The notes under the pieces: model-generated
What the model was told of the DNA's origin: nothing
Seen by the model: the letters and a program-made list of their open reading frames with translations, nothing else
The model's database searches: none
Translations under genes and position numbers: made by a program
Shown: positions 1-9,839 of the stretch, piece by piece
How the letters are laid out: every line of letters starts with the position of its first letter
Numbering within the stretch: position 1 is the stretch's first letter
Origin: Obrimoposthia wandeli
Taxonomy: Eukaryota
DNA: 64,000 nucleotides
Assembly: GCA_977020255.1 (NCBI GenBank)
Contig: CDROCS010004666.1
Coordinates: 1-64,000 of the forward strand
Reading direction: 5' to 3'

Positions 1-1
1 G

Positions 2-160
2 CAACAGCAGCTGATTGAGTGCCAAGGCTTAATAGATAAAACACAGCTGGCACTTAGCGCGCAAAGTGAAAGTTCAAGCAGTAAGCGGCTAGAGGAAGAG
101 TTTGATAAACAAGAAGAGCAGGATCAAGATTGGCAAAAAAAACAGTTATATGATCAATAA
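2..160 (+). CDS. 3' end of an unidentified CDS truncated by the window edge
   Basis: Frame 2 is open from the edge and reads QQQLIECQGLIDKTQLALSAQSESSSSKRLEEEFDKQEEQDQDWQKKQLYDQ to TAA at 158-160. No diagnostic motif. Confidence 0.5.
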   Translation, partial: QQQLIECQGLIDKTQLALSAQSESSSSKRLEEEFDKQEEQDQDWQKKQLYDQ

Positions 161-316
161 ACCACACATTATATAAGCGATATTAGATCAGTAACATAAG
201 ATTTGTAACATTAGCGATCTTCAATATTCAGCCATAAACTATCATGCTAATATTATTTATCTATTATCCGTTTAATCGCTATGTCGCCCTAATGAGTGAA
301 GGCAGGATGCTGTTTC

Positions 317-2571
317 ATGTGGTCAAAGTTTAAGAATAACCTCGCGATCATTATCGCCCTATATACAGTAATCACCGCAACACTATTAGGGATTGCAATC
401 GGCAGCTTTCAAATTTGGTCTAACTTTCAAGACCGAAACCAACACATACAGGACTCATTAAAAACGGTTGTCTCAACAACATTACCCTCACTAGCGCTAG
501 CAACTTATAATTTTAATACCCACCTCAACCAGCAACTAGTCGATGGCCTTGCCGCTCACCCTGACATCATCAACGCCTCAATCATAGATATCAAAGGCAG
601 TGAATTGGCTATTGCCAATACCCATAAAGCCTGCTCCCCGTCTAATTTAGACACATTCCTTTATGGCAGTAACAATCAATCTGAATACCCCCTTTTCCAT
701 AAAGGAACATTATTAGGCAAGCTGGTACTTGAAGTAAATTACTGCAAGCAAACGGATCATTTTTTTGAAGAAGTTAAAAACACACTTATCTCTAACTTCA
801 TACTCAGCATTAGCATCGCCCTATTCATCTATATTATTTTTTACCAGTTTGTCAGCCAACCTATTAGCCAGCTTGTACGACGCTTACAAGAGATAGACCC
901 TGCGGCCACAGTACCTTGGCAGCTCAAGGTAATACTCTAAAAGAGCACTCTCGCCAAGATGAAATCGGCTCACTGATCAATCATTTTTCTAACTTACTGC
1001 GAACAACTCACGACTGGAGTCTACGTCTTAAATCAGCCGAACATACGATTAACAACTATTCAGCAAACCTTGAAGATCTTGTAGGTAAAAGAACCAAGGC
1101 GTTAACAAGCATCAACCGTCAGTTAAAAGAAGTGAATCAAGAACTAGAGCAATCACAAAAACTGTCCGAGCGCTTTAATAAAAGCCAGTTCAAGCTATTA
1201 AGCAACCTTACCCATGAATTTCGCTTTCCTTTAACGACGTCCATTCAAACATTAAGTTCACTGCAAGATGACAGTAAAACTGCAGAAAATCATTTATTGC
1301 TACAACGATCCATTAATCAAAACAAAGCGATTTTAGCCTTATTATCTGAGCTGGATAGCATTGCGAACTTAAGAAATAATTTAAATAAACTGAATATCAG
1401 CCCTTTCAGCTTTAAGCGAATATTTTCAAATATCGAAGCTGCATTTAGTCAAAAGAACTGCCCCTGCACATTCTCCATTCGTTACGACAATACGGTTTCA
1501 AATAGCCACATTGGTGATATCCAAAAGATTGAGCCTTTACTCTTCAATTTAATTGCCAATATTTATTATTGCTCTCCTGAACAGCGTATTAATATTGAAA
1601 TTTCCGAAGTTAACCAAAGCATACTTATAAAACTATCCGCTCCAAGTTTAAGAATTAACGAACACTTATTTGAGCAAATGATACTGCCTTTTTCCAATAC
1701 ACTCGCAAATTCAAGACTCACCGCACTGGGTTTGGCTTTTGCAAAGGATTTGGCTGAGATATTAGAAGGGGAAATTCATCAGAGCAGTAATTCTCAAAAC
1801 GAACACGAACTGTCACTACAGTTGCCACTACTGTCCAGTGACAAACAACTTGATAAAATACGCCAGCAACTCCCCCCTGGCGGCATTAGAATCAACATAG
1901 CGCAGCAGCTGAATGCTAACCGAGTCGTCGATTCCCTTGAGCAATGGCAGCTTCCCTTCAATAATTCCGATCAGTGTGACAACGAACCTGTTATTTTAAT
2001 TACCGACGATAAAACACACTGCCAAGATGCCGCCTTCATTATTGGCCTAGGACAACAGTATGTGCAAATTGAAGCGTTAAAAGGAATAAGCGTAGTTTCG
2101 CTAAAGACAATTACAGAGGGGATACTATTTAATACCCTCATCCAGGCTTGCAACCAGCTAGAGCAGGACCAAACCTCTACCCAACTCGCCCGCATACTGC
2201 TGGTTGAAGATAATGCGATAAACCGCATGCTAAGTCAGCGCTTTCTTAAAAATCTTAATACCGACATAGAAATGGTGGAAGATGGTCGCGAAGCGCTCAA
2301 TATTTGCAACCAGAAGAAATTTGACCTGATTTTTATGGATTGCCAAATGCCAGTTATGGATGGCTTTCAGGCAACACGTCACATTCGCCGCTCACCCCTT
2401 AACCAAACAACACCGATTGTTGCCTTAACAGGACTCGATTCTGATAATGAGCGACAAGCTTGCCTGCAAGCAGGAATGAATGATTTTATTACAAAACCCT
2501 TCACCCAAGAACAATTACACAATGCCATTATTCAATGGCTTCCCAGTGAAAACCAAGAGCCAGAATCCTAA
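317..2571 (+). pseudogene. Membrane hybrid sensor histidine kinase (periplasmic sensor-HAMP-HisKA-degenerate HATPase-REC), SagS-like by synteny, split by a frameshift in the HAMP domain
   Basis: ORF 296-940 (likely ATG 317) has two TM segments and the first HAMP helix (PISQLVRRL). ORF 916-2571 continues with the second HAMP half (QDEIGSLINHF), H-box (LTHEFRFPL) and REC (DLIFMDCQMP). Adding one base near 931-937 would join them into about 751 aa. The position next to OhrR/OspR-gpx-msrB-aminotransferase matches P. aeruginosa PA2824-PA2828. Confidence 0.72.
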
Positions 2572-2586
2572 TATCACCAAACTGGC

Positions 2587-3033
2587 TTAACTCAAAGCCA
2601 CCAGCATCGACTTCAATGTTTCTCTAAGCTCAACCAAGCTCTTGGCATCAGTATCAGCCTGGCACAATAAGGATTGTGGAATATGTTTCGCCGCCTCTCT
2701 CAAACCAATGCCTGCTGCCGTTAAACTCACGATAACAATGCGTTCGTCCTGTTCACTGCGTTGGCGATCTAACAGCCCCTTAGCTTCCATGCGCTTAAGT
2801 AAAGGAGTGACCGTTCCGGTATCAAGCTTTAGTTTCTCGGTAAGCTGACTAACCGCCAAGCCCGCTTGCTTATTTTCTAGACCCTGCCACATGACCAGCA
2901 TGACTAAATACTGAGGATAAGTAAGGCCCAACGGTTTGAGCAAAGGCGTATAGCCTTGTATTACCTTGCGCGACAAACTGTATAAACTAAAGCACAACTG
3001 ATTATCGAGGTGCAACTCAGGATACGTATTCAT
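2587..3033 (-). CDS. MarR-family peroxide-sensing regulator (OhrR/OspR type)
   Basis: LDNQLCFSLY carries the conserved redox Cys, followed by a wHTH (LDTGTVTPLLKRME...R..DER). The start overlaps the gpx stop (TAATG). Confidence 0.9.
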   Translation of the reverse strand: MNTYPELHLDNQLCFSLYSLSRKVIQGYTPLLKPLGLTYPQYLVMLVMWQGLENKQAGLAVSQLTEKLKLDTGTVTPLLKRMEAKGLLDRQRSEQDERIVIVSLTAAGIGLREAAKHIPQSLLCQADTDAKSLVELRETLKSMLVALS

Positions 3034-3512
3034 TAACTTGCCAAGGCTGTTTCAATATCTGCTTTTAGCGCAGCAGGTTTGGTCGTTGAAGCATAACGAA
3101 CAACCTCACCCTGTTTATTCACCAAGAATTTAGTAAAATTCCACTTAATTTTTTTCGTCCCCAAAACACCCGGTGCTTTAACTTTCAACTCTTGATAAAG
3201 CGGCGCGGTATTATCACCGTTCACTTCAATTTTCGAGAACATAGGGAAACTCACACCGTAGTTTTTCTGACAAAAACTAGCAATCTCACTATCAGCGCCT
3301 TTTTCTTGCTCGCCAAACTGATTACAAGGAAAGCCCAATACCACCAACCCTTGTGCTTTATATTCTTCATATAAAGCTTCAAGACCTTCATATTGATTGG
3401 TAAAACCACACTTGCTGGCGGTATTTACGATCAGCACAACCTGACCTTGGTATTGCGAAAGATCCTGCATTTCTCCCGACAATAACGGCATTTCTTTATT
3501 CAGTAGCGACAT
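3033..3512 (-). CDS. gpx: Glutathione peroxidase (Cys type)
   Basis: Motifs NTASKCGFT, GFPCNQF and WNFTKFL. Confidence 0.95.
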   Translation of the reverse strand: MSLLNKEMPLLSGEMQDLSQYQGQVVLIVNTASKCGFTNQYEGLEALYEEYKAQGLVVLGFPCNQFGEQEKGADSEIASFCQKNYGVSFPMFSKIEVNGDNTAPLYQELKVKAPGVLGTKKIKWNFTKFLVNKQGEVVRYASTTKPAALKADIETALAS

Positions 3513-3575
3513 GGCTATATTCCTATTGTTAATTTTTTATGAATTTGAATAACCGTCATTTAAGCAGTAAATATT

Positions 3576-3591
3576 ATATTGTGCAAAATAT
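3576..3591. promoter_or_regulatory. Candidate OhrR/OspR operator upstream of gpx-marR
   Basis: ATATTGTGCAAAATAT is a 16-bp palindrome with one mismatch in the msrB-gpx spacer. It resembles the AT-rich ATTG...CAAT sites of OhrR proteins. Confidence 0.6.
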
Positions 3592-3620
3592 TATTGCCTG
3601 AAATAAACTGCTCACTGCTA

Positions 3621-4040
3621 TTATTCTTGACCCGCCTTACCCTCATCCAAAAGGATAGCAGCGGAGTTAATGCAATAACGCAACCCAGTAGGCGCAGGTC
3701 CATCAGGGAATACATGGCCCAAGTGCGCATCACAACGCTTACAAACAACCTCAGTACGAATCATAAAGAGACTGATATCTTTATGCTCTTCAATCGCACT
3801 ATCAGCTACCGGCTGACTAAAGCTGGGCCAGCCACAGCCTGCATCAAATTTTGATTCAGAATCAAATAGTGCCTCACCACAACAAATGCACTGATACTGC
3901 CCTGCCTTTTCACAATCATAGTACTTACCTGTAAAAGGTCGTTCGGTGCCTTTTTTTTGCGTGACGAAGTAACTTTCTTCATCCAATTGCGCGGCCCATT
4001 CCTTTGGTGTTTTTACGATTTTGTCTTTACCCGAAGTCAT
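3621..4040 (-). CDS. msrB: Peptide-methionine (R)-S-oxide reductase MsrB
   Basis: GTERPF, CxxC pairs, GCGWPSF, HLGHVF.DGP and RYCINS. Confidence 0.97.
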   Translation of the reverse strand: MTSGKDKIVKTPKEWAAQLDEESYFVTQKKGTERPFTGKYYDCEKAGQYQCICCGEALFDSESKFDAGCGWPSFSQPVADSAIEEHKDISLFMIRTEVVCKRCDAHLGHVFPDGPAPTGLRYCINSAAILLDEGKAGQE

Positions 4041-4135
4041 TATTTATTACTCACTTTCAATCTCTGTAAATTTCTATCATTCAAGGGTATCATTAGCCGT
4101 TTATACTCTTTTGTGATTTTATTGATTAAGGCGGA

Positions 4136-5362
4136 ATGCGTTCCATGCAGGATATTCTCAAATCCAACAAACTGGCTAATGTTTTTTATGATATTCGTGG
4201 GCCCGTTGCGCATGCCGCCAAGAAAATGGAAGAAGACGGCCACCGCATCCTTAAACTGAATATTGGTAACCCCAAACCTTTTGGTCTCGATGCTCCCGAA
4301 GAAATCATCCAAGATGTTATTCTAAACTTACCTGATTCTGAAGGCTATTGCGATTCTAAAGGCCTGTTTTCTGCACGTAAAGCGGTCATGCAATACAGCC
4401 AGCAAAAAGGCATTAAAGACGTTGGCATTGAAGACATTATATTAGGTAATGGCGTTAGCGAACTGATCGTAATGTCGATGCAAGGCTTATTAAACAGTGG
4501 CGATGAAGTTTTAATCCCTTCTCCAGACTACCCTCTTTGGACTGGCGCAGTCAGTTTAGCGGGCGGCACCCCTGTTCACTATCATTGCGATGAACAATCC
4601 AACTGGTTTCCAGATATGGATGACATTCGCAAAAAGGTAAATAAAAATACCAAAGCGTTGGTATTAATCAATCCAAACAACCCAACGGGTGCGGTTTATC
4701 CTGACGAAGTTCTTTTGGAGCTAATTCAGATAGCACGAGAAAATAATCTCATTATTTTCTCTGATGAAATCTACGACAAAATTTTGTTCGATGGCGCGAC
4801 TCATACATCCACCGCATCACTGGCCGATGATTTGTTATTCATCACCTTTAATGGCTTATCAAAAAATTATCGCCTTGCGGGTTTCCGTGCAGGCTGGATG
4901 ATTATCAGCGGTACAAAGCACAGAGCTAAAGATTATATCGAAGGCTTAGAAATGCTCGCATCCATGCGCCTATGTGCGAATGTGCCTTCACAACACGCGA
5001 TTCAAACATCGCTTGGGGGTTACCAAAGTATTGATGACTTAGTCGCACCTGGTGGCCGAATTTATGAGCAACGTAACATTGCTTATGAAGCGTTAAATAG
5101 CATCTCTGGAATCAGCTGTACTAAACCAATGGGCGCTCTATATTGCTTCCCTAAAATCGATATCAAAAAATTCAACATTCATAATGATGAACGCATGGTA
5201 TTGGATTTATTAGAGCAACAGAAAATATTAGTTGTCCACGGTACTGCATTTAACTGGGCACAGCCGGATCATTTCCGCGTTGTATTTTTACCTCGCCCTG
5301 AAGATTTGACCCTTGCCCTTGATAAGATGGGCCAGTTCTTTTCTTCTTATAAACAGTTATAA
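4136..5362 (+). CDS. alaA: Glutamate-pyruvate aminotransferase AlaA (class I/II PLP)
   Basis: YDIRGPV, LNIGNP, NPNNPTG, DEIYD and PLP-lysine GLSKNYRLAGFRAG. The start may be 4145. Confidence 0.92.
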   Translation: MRSMQDILKSNKLANVFYDIRGPVAHAAKKMEEDGHRILKLNIGNPKPFGLDAPEEIIQDVILNLPDSEGYCDSKGLFSARKAVMQYSQQKGIKDVGIEDIILGNGVSELIVMSMQGLLNSGDEVLIPSPDYPLWTGAVSLAGGTPVHYHCDEQSNWFPDMDDIRKKVNKNTKALVLINPNNPTGAVYPDEVLLELIQIARENNLIIFSDEIYDKILFDGATHTSTASLADDLLFITFNGLSKNYRLAGFRAGWMIISGTKHRAKDYIEGLEMLASMRLCANVPSQHAIQTSLGGYQSIDDLVAPGGRIYEQRNIAYEALNSISGISCTKPMGALYCFPKIDIKKFNIHNDERMVLDLLEQQKILVVHGTAFNWAQPDHFRVVFLPRPEDLTLALDKMGQFFSSYKQL

Positions 5363-5365
5363 ATC

Positions 5366-5758
5366 ATGCTCGACGTTCATATTGATGATTTTTTTAAAGA
5401 CTGTGCAGTTATTTTACTGCACGGCTTTAAATACTTTCCCGCCAAACAAGTACTGTATGTTGAAGATATTTGTGGCCCTGACGAAGCGGATGAATTTGGC
5501 TTACACAGCCCAAGACATCTAGCGGGCTTTGGTGCAATTATCTGGCTAAAAGAAGAAGGCTATATCCGCTTTAGCGAAATCGACCGTCAAGAATCGGTAG
5601 ATGATTTTGTACTGGCCAGCAAAGCTTTCACTCGACTTCTAACAGCCGATAGTGACGAACCCACTACCAGTCTTGCGCAAAAGATTGAGTTTGCTCGCTT
5701 ACAACGGGACTCCAACTTGTTAGCGCGCTTAATGCGAGAACACTTTCTCCCCGTATAA
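5366..5758 (+). CDS. Conserved-looking hypothetical protein downstream of alaA
   Basis: 130-aa ORF starting 3 nt after the alaA stop, with normal composition. No motif recognised. Confidence 0.75.
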   Translation: MLDVHIDDFFKDCAVILLHGFKYFPAKQVLYVEDICGPDEADEFGLHSPRHLAGFGAIIWLKEEGYIRFSEIDRQESVDDFVLASKAFTRLLTADSDEPTTSLAQKIEFARLQRDSNLLARLMREHFLPV

Positions 5759-5855
5759 CACCACCCTCCAATCTTGATAAATACCTGCATTGACCAAACT
5801 TTACGCCAGTATCGCCAAAGTTTTATCACAAGGGGCTGGTCTTCAATTGACTTCC

Positions 5856-5880
5856 TGTTAGAATGTGAATAGTTATCATT
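5856..5880 (+). promoter_or_regulatory. Extended -10 promoter element overlapped by a Fur box upstream of fbpA
   Basis: TG-T-TAGAAT at 5856-5864 is followed by TGTGAATAGTTATCA, which matches 11 of 14 positions of the 7-1-7 Fur consensus TGATAATnATTATCA. Confidence 0.7.
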
Positions 5881-5912
5881 TGCTTTTGTTTTTACTCTCT
5901 AGAGGAATTCCC

Positions 5913-6923
5913 ATGCGCAGTCTCTTATTAACCCTAGTATTGGCAACCAGCAGCCTTACTGCAAGCTTGGCTCACGCCGAACAAGTCAATATTTACTCTT
6001 TTCGTCAGCCGTTTTTAATTGAGCCTATTTTGGCTGAGTTTACTAAAAGCACAGGCATAGAAACCAAGGTAATTTTCGCCAAAAAAGGGCTTATTCAACG
6101 TCTTCAGCGTGAGGGAGACTTATCACCCGCTGACCTGGTTCTAACCTCTGACTTCAGCAAGTTATTGCAACTCAAAGAACAAGGATTAAGCCAAACTTTT
6201 GAGCTGTCTGATAACTTAAAGCATATTCCTGAGCAGTTCCGTGATTCAGAAAATCACTGGTTGGCGCTCACCAAACGCGTTCGTAACATTTATTCATCGA
6301 AAGACCGCGCTGGTAACCTTAATAACATTCGCTATGAAGACCTTGCCGACGCTAAATTTAAAGGCCGCATTTGTACTCGCTCGGGTAAGCATCCTTACAA
6401 TTTAGGGCTTGTGGCTTCAATGATTGCTCATCATGGTGAAGCCGATACTGAAATTTGGTTAAAAGGTGTAAAAGCTAACTTAGCTCGTAAACCACAAGGC
6501 AATGACCGCGGCCAAGTAAAAGCGATTAAAGAAGGTTTATGCGATATTTCATTAGGTAATAGCTACTACCTAGGTAAAATGCTGCAAGATCCTAAGCAAG
6601 TGGTCTGGGCTAATGCCGTCACCCTAAACTTCCCTAACCAAGAAGATCGTGGCTCTCACATTAATGTTTCAGGTGCGGTGATTGCCAAATACGCCCCCCA
6701 TAAAAAATCAGCGCAAGCTTTATTAGAGTTTCTATCCGCGCAACAAGCACAAAACCTGTATGCTGATTTGAATATGGAATACCCAGTTTCTCCTGACGCA
6801 CAGCCATCGGCTCTCGTTAAAAGCTGGGGAACGTTCAAAGAAGACGCATTACCGCTAGAGAAAATAGCCCAATACCGCAAGCAAGCATTAAAATTGATCG
6901 ACAAGGTTCATTTTGATTTATAA
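5913..6923 (+). CDS. fbpA: Fe(III) ABC transporter periplasmic binding protein
   Basis: GAGG RBS before ATG 5913 and a signal peptide (AHA|EQV). Motifs YSFRQ, RICTRSGKHPYN, KPQGNDR and GNSYYLG. Confidence 0.92.
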   Translation: MRSLLLTLVLATSSLTASLAHAEQVNIYSFRQPFLIEPILAEFTKSTGIETKVIFAKKGLIQRLQREGDLSPADLVLTSDFSKLLQLKEQGLSQTFELSDNLKHIPEQFRDSENHWLALTKRVRNIYSSKDRAGNLNNIRYEDLADAKFKGRICTRSGKHPYNLGLVASMIAHHGEADTEIWLKGVKANLARKPQGNDRGQVKAIKEGLCDISLGNSYYLGKMLQDPKQVVWANAVTLNFPNQEDRGSHINVSGAVIAKYAPHKKSAQALLEFLSAQQAQNLYADLNMEYPVSPDAQPSALVKSWGTFKEDALPLEKIAQYRKQALKLIDKVHFDL

Positions 6924-6976
6924 TACTCAACCTAATCGTTGTTATTATTGCTATTGAATTAAAGTAAGCCAGTTAA

Positions 6977-8641
6977 ATGAATGCAGAGTCAACTACAAGC
7001 CCGCGTATTGCGGGCTTTATCATGTCAGTAAGCACTGCAATTATTTGCCTTGTTATGCTTATGCCCATTATCGCCCTGCTCTTCGAATCGTTATCGAGCT
7101 TAGTGATCCCAAATGATGCTGATAATACCTTTAGTAATTTGGCAGACAGCGTTTTATTTGAATACATTAAGAACAGCCTAGCCATCGTAACGGGAACCTT
7201 ATTTTTTGCGTGCCTATTCGCCATTGCACCGGCTTGGTGGTGCGCCCGCTATGAATTTATAGGTCGACGTTACTTACAATGGATGATGGTTTTTCCACTG
7301 GCTATCCCAGCGTATATTTCGGCCTATATTTATACCGATGCATTAGATTATGCAGGTCCAATACAGTCTAGCTTAAGAGCAATCTTTGATTGGAAGTCCC
7401 CTCATGACTACTGGTTTATTAATATCCGTAGCCGCTTAGGCGCAAGTTTAATGCTCGGCCTAGCTCTATTTCCTTACATTTTTTTATTATTGCGCAATAC
7501 CTTCGAACAAGGCTCGCAAAGCCTGAGTCAAGCAGCTCAATTGATGGGAGCGAGTCCGCGCAAAATATTTTGGACAATTCATCTGCCACTCGCACGACCC
7601 GCCCTAGCCATTGGCTGCACCCTAGTTGCGATGGAATCATTAGCGGATTACGGGACCGTTCAGTTATTTGCCATCAATACATTAACCACAGCCATCTATG
7701 ATAGCTGGCTGGTATATGGCAGCCTTGCCAGTGCGGCTAAAATTTCTTGCTTGACGTTATTATTTGTCATTACCCTCACCATCCTTGAAAAGAACAGTCG
7801 TAAGAAACAACTGCACTTTGATAGCCGCACAGGGAAGAAAAACGAAAAAATACAGGCAAATACCGCAAAGACTTCTGTCATCTGGCTTTTTTGCGGCCTT
7901 GTTTTTTTCCTCGGTTTTCTAATTCCGATCATCACACTCATCGGTTATTGCATTGATTATTGGCTAGAAAACATCAATGCTAACGTCTGGCAACATAGCC
8001 AAAGTACTTTTCTATTAGCGATCAGCGCGGCTTCCGTAGCGACCTTATTAGCCATTTTATTCAATAGCCAGCAGCGTTTTTCACCGAATATGAAAAACCA
8101 AACTCAATTAAGCTTGTCGTCTTTAGGGTATGCAATTCCTGGTACGGTTTTGGCGATTGGCATACTCATTCCACTTGGGCAGCTCGATATATGGGTCAAT
8201 CACTTCATTCAATGGCTGGGCTTTGAAAAAGTCGGGCTTATTTTCTCAGGCACCAGCTTTGCTTTGATACTGGCCTTTGTCATTCGTTTCTCAGCCATCA
8301 GCAACGGCAGTATTCAAGCCGCCTATAAGCAAATGCCGACCAACCTTGATACAGCATCAACCATGCTCAAGGCCTCTCGCTTCAGAACATTCCATAGAAT
8401 TCACCTTCCGATTATGCGGCCAGCCCTGATCAGTGCTTTTTTATTGGTATTTATCGAGTGCGTTAAAGAACTGCCCGCTTCGCTTTTATTACGCCCTTTT
8501 GACTTTGAAACTCTTGCAACCTACGTTTATCAGTTTGCCTCGGACGAACAACTAGAACATGCGGCATCCAGCGCGCTGCTCATCATTGTCGTCAGCTTAC
8601 TCCCCATTCTATTGCTCTCTCGCAACCAGAGAATGCAATAG
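6977..8641 (+). CDS. fbpB: Fe(III) ABC transporter permease
   Basis: Polytopic protein with two EAA-like loops (AAQLMGASP, ASTMLKASR) and LPLARPA/KELPASLLLRPF. The start may be 7022. Confidence 0.92.
   Translation: MNAESTTSPRIAGFIMSVSTAIICLVMLMPIIALLFESLSSLVIPNDADNTFSNLADSVLFEYIKNSLAIVTGTLFFACLFAIAPAWWCARYEFIGRRYLQWMMVFPLAIPAYISAYIYTDALDYAGPIQSSLRAIFDWKSPHDYWFINIRSRLGASLMLGLALFPYIFLLLRNTFEQGSQSLSQAAQLMGASPRKIFWTIHLPLARPALAIGCTLVAMESLADYGTVQLFAINTLTTAIYDSWLVYGSLASAAKISCLTLLFVITLTILEKNSRKKQLHFDSRTGKKNEKIQANTAKTSVIWLFCGLVFFLGFLIPIITLIGYCIDYWLENINANVWQHSQSTFLLAISAASVATLLAILFNSQQRFSPNMKNQTQLSLSSLGYAIPGTVLAIGILIPLGQLDIWVNHFIQWLGFEKVGLIFSGTSFALILAFVIRFSAISNGSIQAAYKQMPTNLDTASTMLKASRFRTFHRIHLPIMRPALISAFLLVFIECVKELPASLLLRPFDFETLATYVYQFASDEQLEHAASSALLIIVVSLLPILLLSRNQRMQ
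6997..7020 (+). terminator. GC-rich hairpin after fbpA (attenuator or mRNA-stabilising stem)
   Basis: AAGCCCGC-GTATT-GCGGGCTT followed by a short TAT tail. Confidence 0.45.
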
Positions 8642-8692
8642 GCGGTTTATAAGTATTGCAATAAAACCGCGCACTATTAATGGAAAAAAAAC

Positions 8693-9766
8693 ATGAGCAC
8701 TGAAATTTACTCACAGAACAAAAACACCGCACTTGAATTATTCAATATTCAGCTGGCTATAGCCGATCAAGTCATTTTACGAGCACTGACCTTTGATTTA
8801 ACAGAAGGCGAGATTCTTTGCTTACTCGGCCCGAGCGGATGTGGCAAAACCACGGCGTTAAAAACCATCGCAGGATTGACTACTCCCCAACAAGGTCAGA
8901 TTAGTTTATTTGGTGATACCGTTTTCTCTGACAACACAATAAATCAGCCGCCAGAGCAGCGTTCGATTGGTTTTATTTTTCAAGACTATGCTCTTTTTCC
9001 ACATATGACAGTCGGCCAAAATATAGCTTATGGGCTCTCACATTTAAGCAAGCAAGAAAAACAGCAACGCATTAAAGAAAGTCTTGAGTTGGTTGAGCTA
9101 ACAGACCTTGAGCACCGATACCCACACGAGTTATCCGGTGGCCAGCAACAACGTATTGCCGTCGCGCGCGCACTTGCACCAAAGCCCAAGCTATTATTAA
9201 TGGATGAACCCTTTTCGAATATCGATGGCCAAGTAAAGCGCCGCATGATGGCGGACTTGCGCAGACTATTAAAAGAACACAATATTAGTTGTATTTTTGT
9301 TACCCACGCAAAAGAAGAGGCATTCGCTTTTGCGGATAAAACAGCGGTAATGATCAACGGTCATATTGAACAACTGGACCTTCCCGCCAAAGTATTTAAT
9401 CAACCTAAGACCTTTGCTGTCGCAGAATTTATGGAGGCAGGAAACCTGGCAACGCTTAAGCATAGCCAGCAGGTGCTTGATAGAATTCCGCACCAATGGC
9501 CCCGAGACATTGATAACTTAGGCTACTGGCTATTTAAACCTCAATACTTAATTTTGAGTCATAGCTTACAAAATACAGGAATCGAGCTGATTGATAGCAC
9601 ATATATTGGACGTGGTTATCAACATGATATTGCCATTCGCTTAACAAAAAGCAATAACGCGCCTACTATTATATGGAAAGCAGAAACTGAGGCTCCATTA
9701 GGCATTGCTATTGGCGAAAACATTGCAGTTGAGTATGATGAACAACCTCATTGGTTACAAGGTTAA
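8693..9766 (+). CDS. fbpC: Fe(III) ABC transporter ATP-binding subunit
   Basis: Walker A GPSGCGKT, signature LSGGQQQ, Walker B LLLMDE and H-loop VTH. Confidence 0.93.
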   Translation: MSTEIYSQNKNTALELFNIQLAIADQVILRALTFDLTEGEILCLLGPSGCGKTTALKTIAGLTTPQQGQISLFGDTVFSDNTINQPPEQRSIGFIFQDYALFPHMTVGQNIAYGLSHLSKQEKQQRIKESLELVELTDLEHRYPHELSGGQQQRIAVARALAPKPKLLLMDEPFSNIDGQVKRRMMADLRRLLKEHNISCIFVTHAKEEAFAFADKTAVMINGHIEQLDLPAKVFNQPKTFAVAEFMEAGNLATLKHSQQVLDRIPHQWPRDIDNLGYWLFKPQYLILSHSLQNTGIELIDSTYIGRGYQHDIAIRLTKSNNAPTIIWKAETEAPLGIAIGENIAVEYDEQPHWLQG

Positions 9767-9839
9767 AAATAATCGACCAAAACCCTGTCTCTGCTTTATA
9801 ATGAATGACTTAATACGGACTTTGGTTGAAATGGTAACA

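Noticed and set aside
191-211. GTAACAT direct repeat as an OmpR/CpxR box
   Set aside because: The period is 14 bp rather than the 10-11 bp expected.
3033-3512. Selenocysteine in glutathione peroxidase
   Set aside because: The active-site residue is an ordinary Cys and the ORF has no in-frame TGA.
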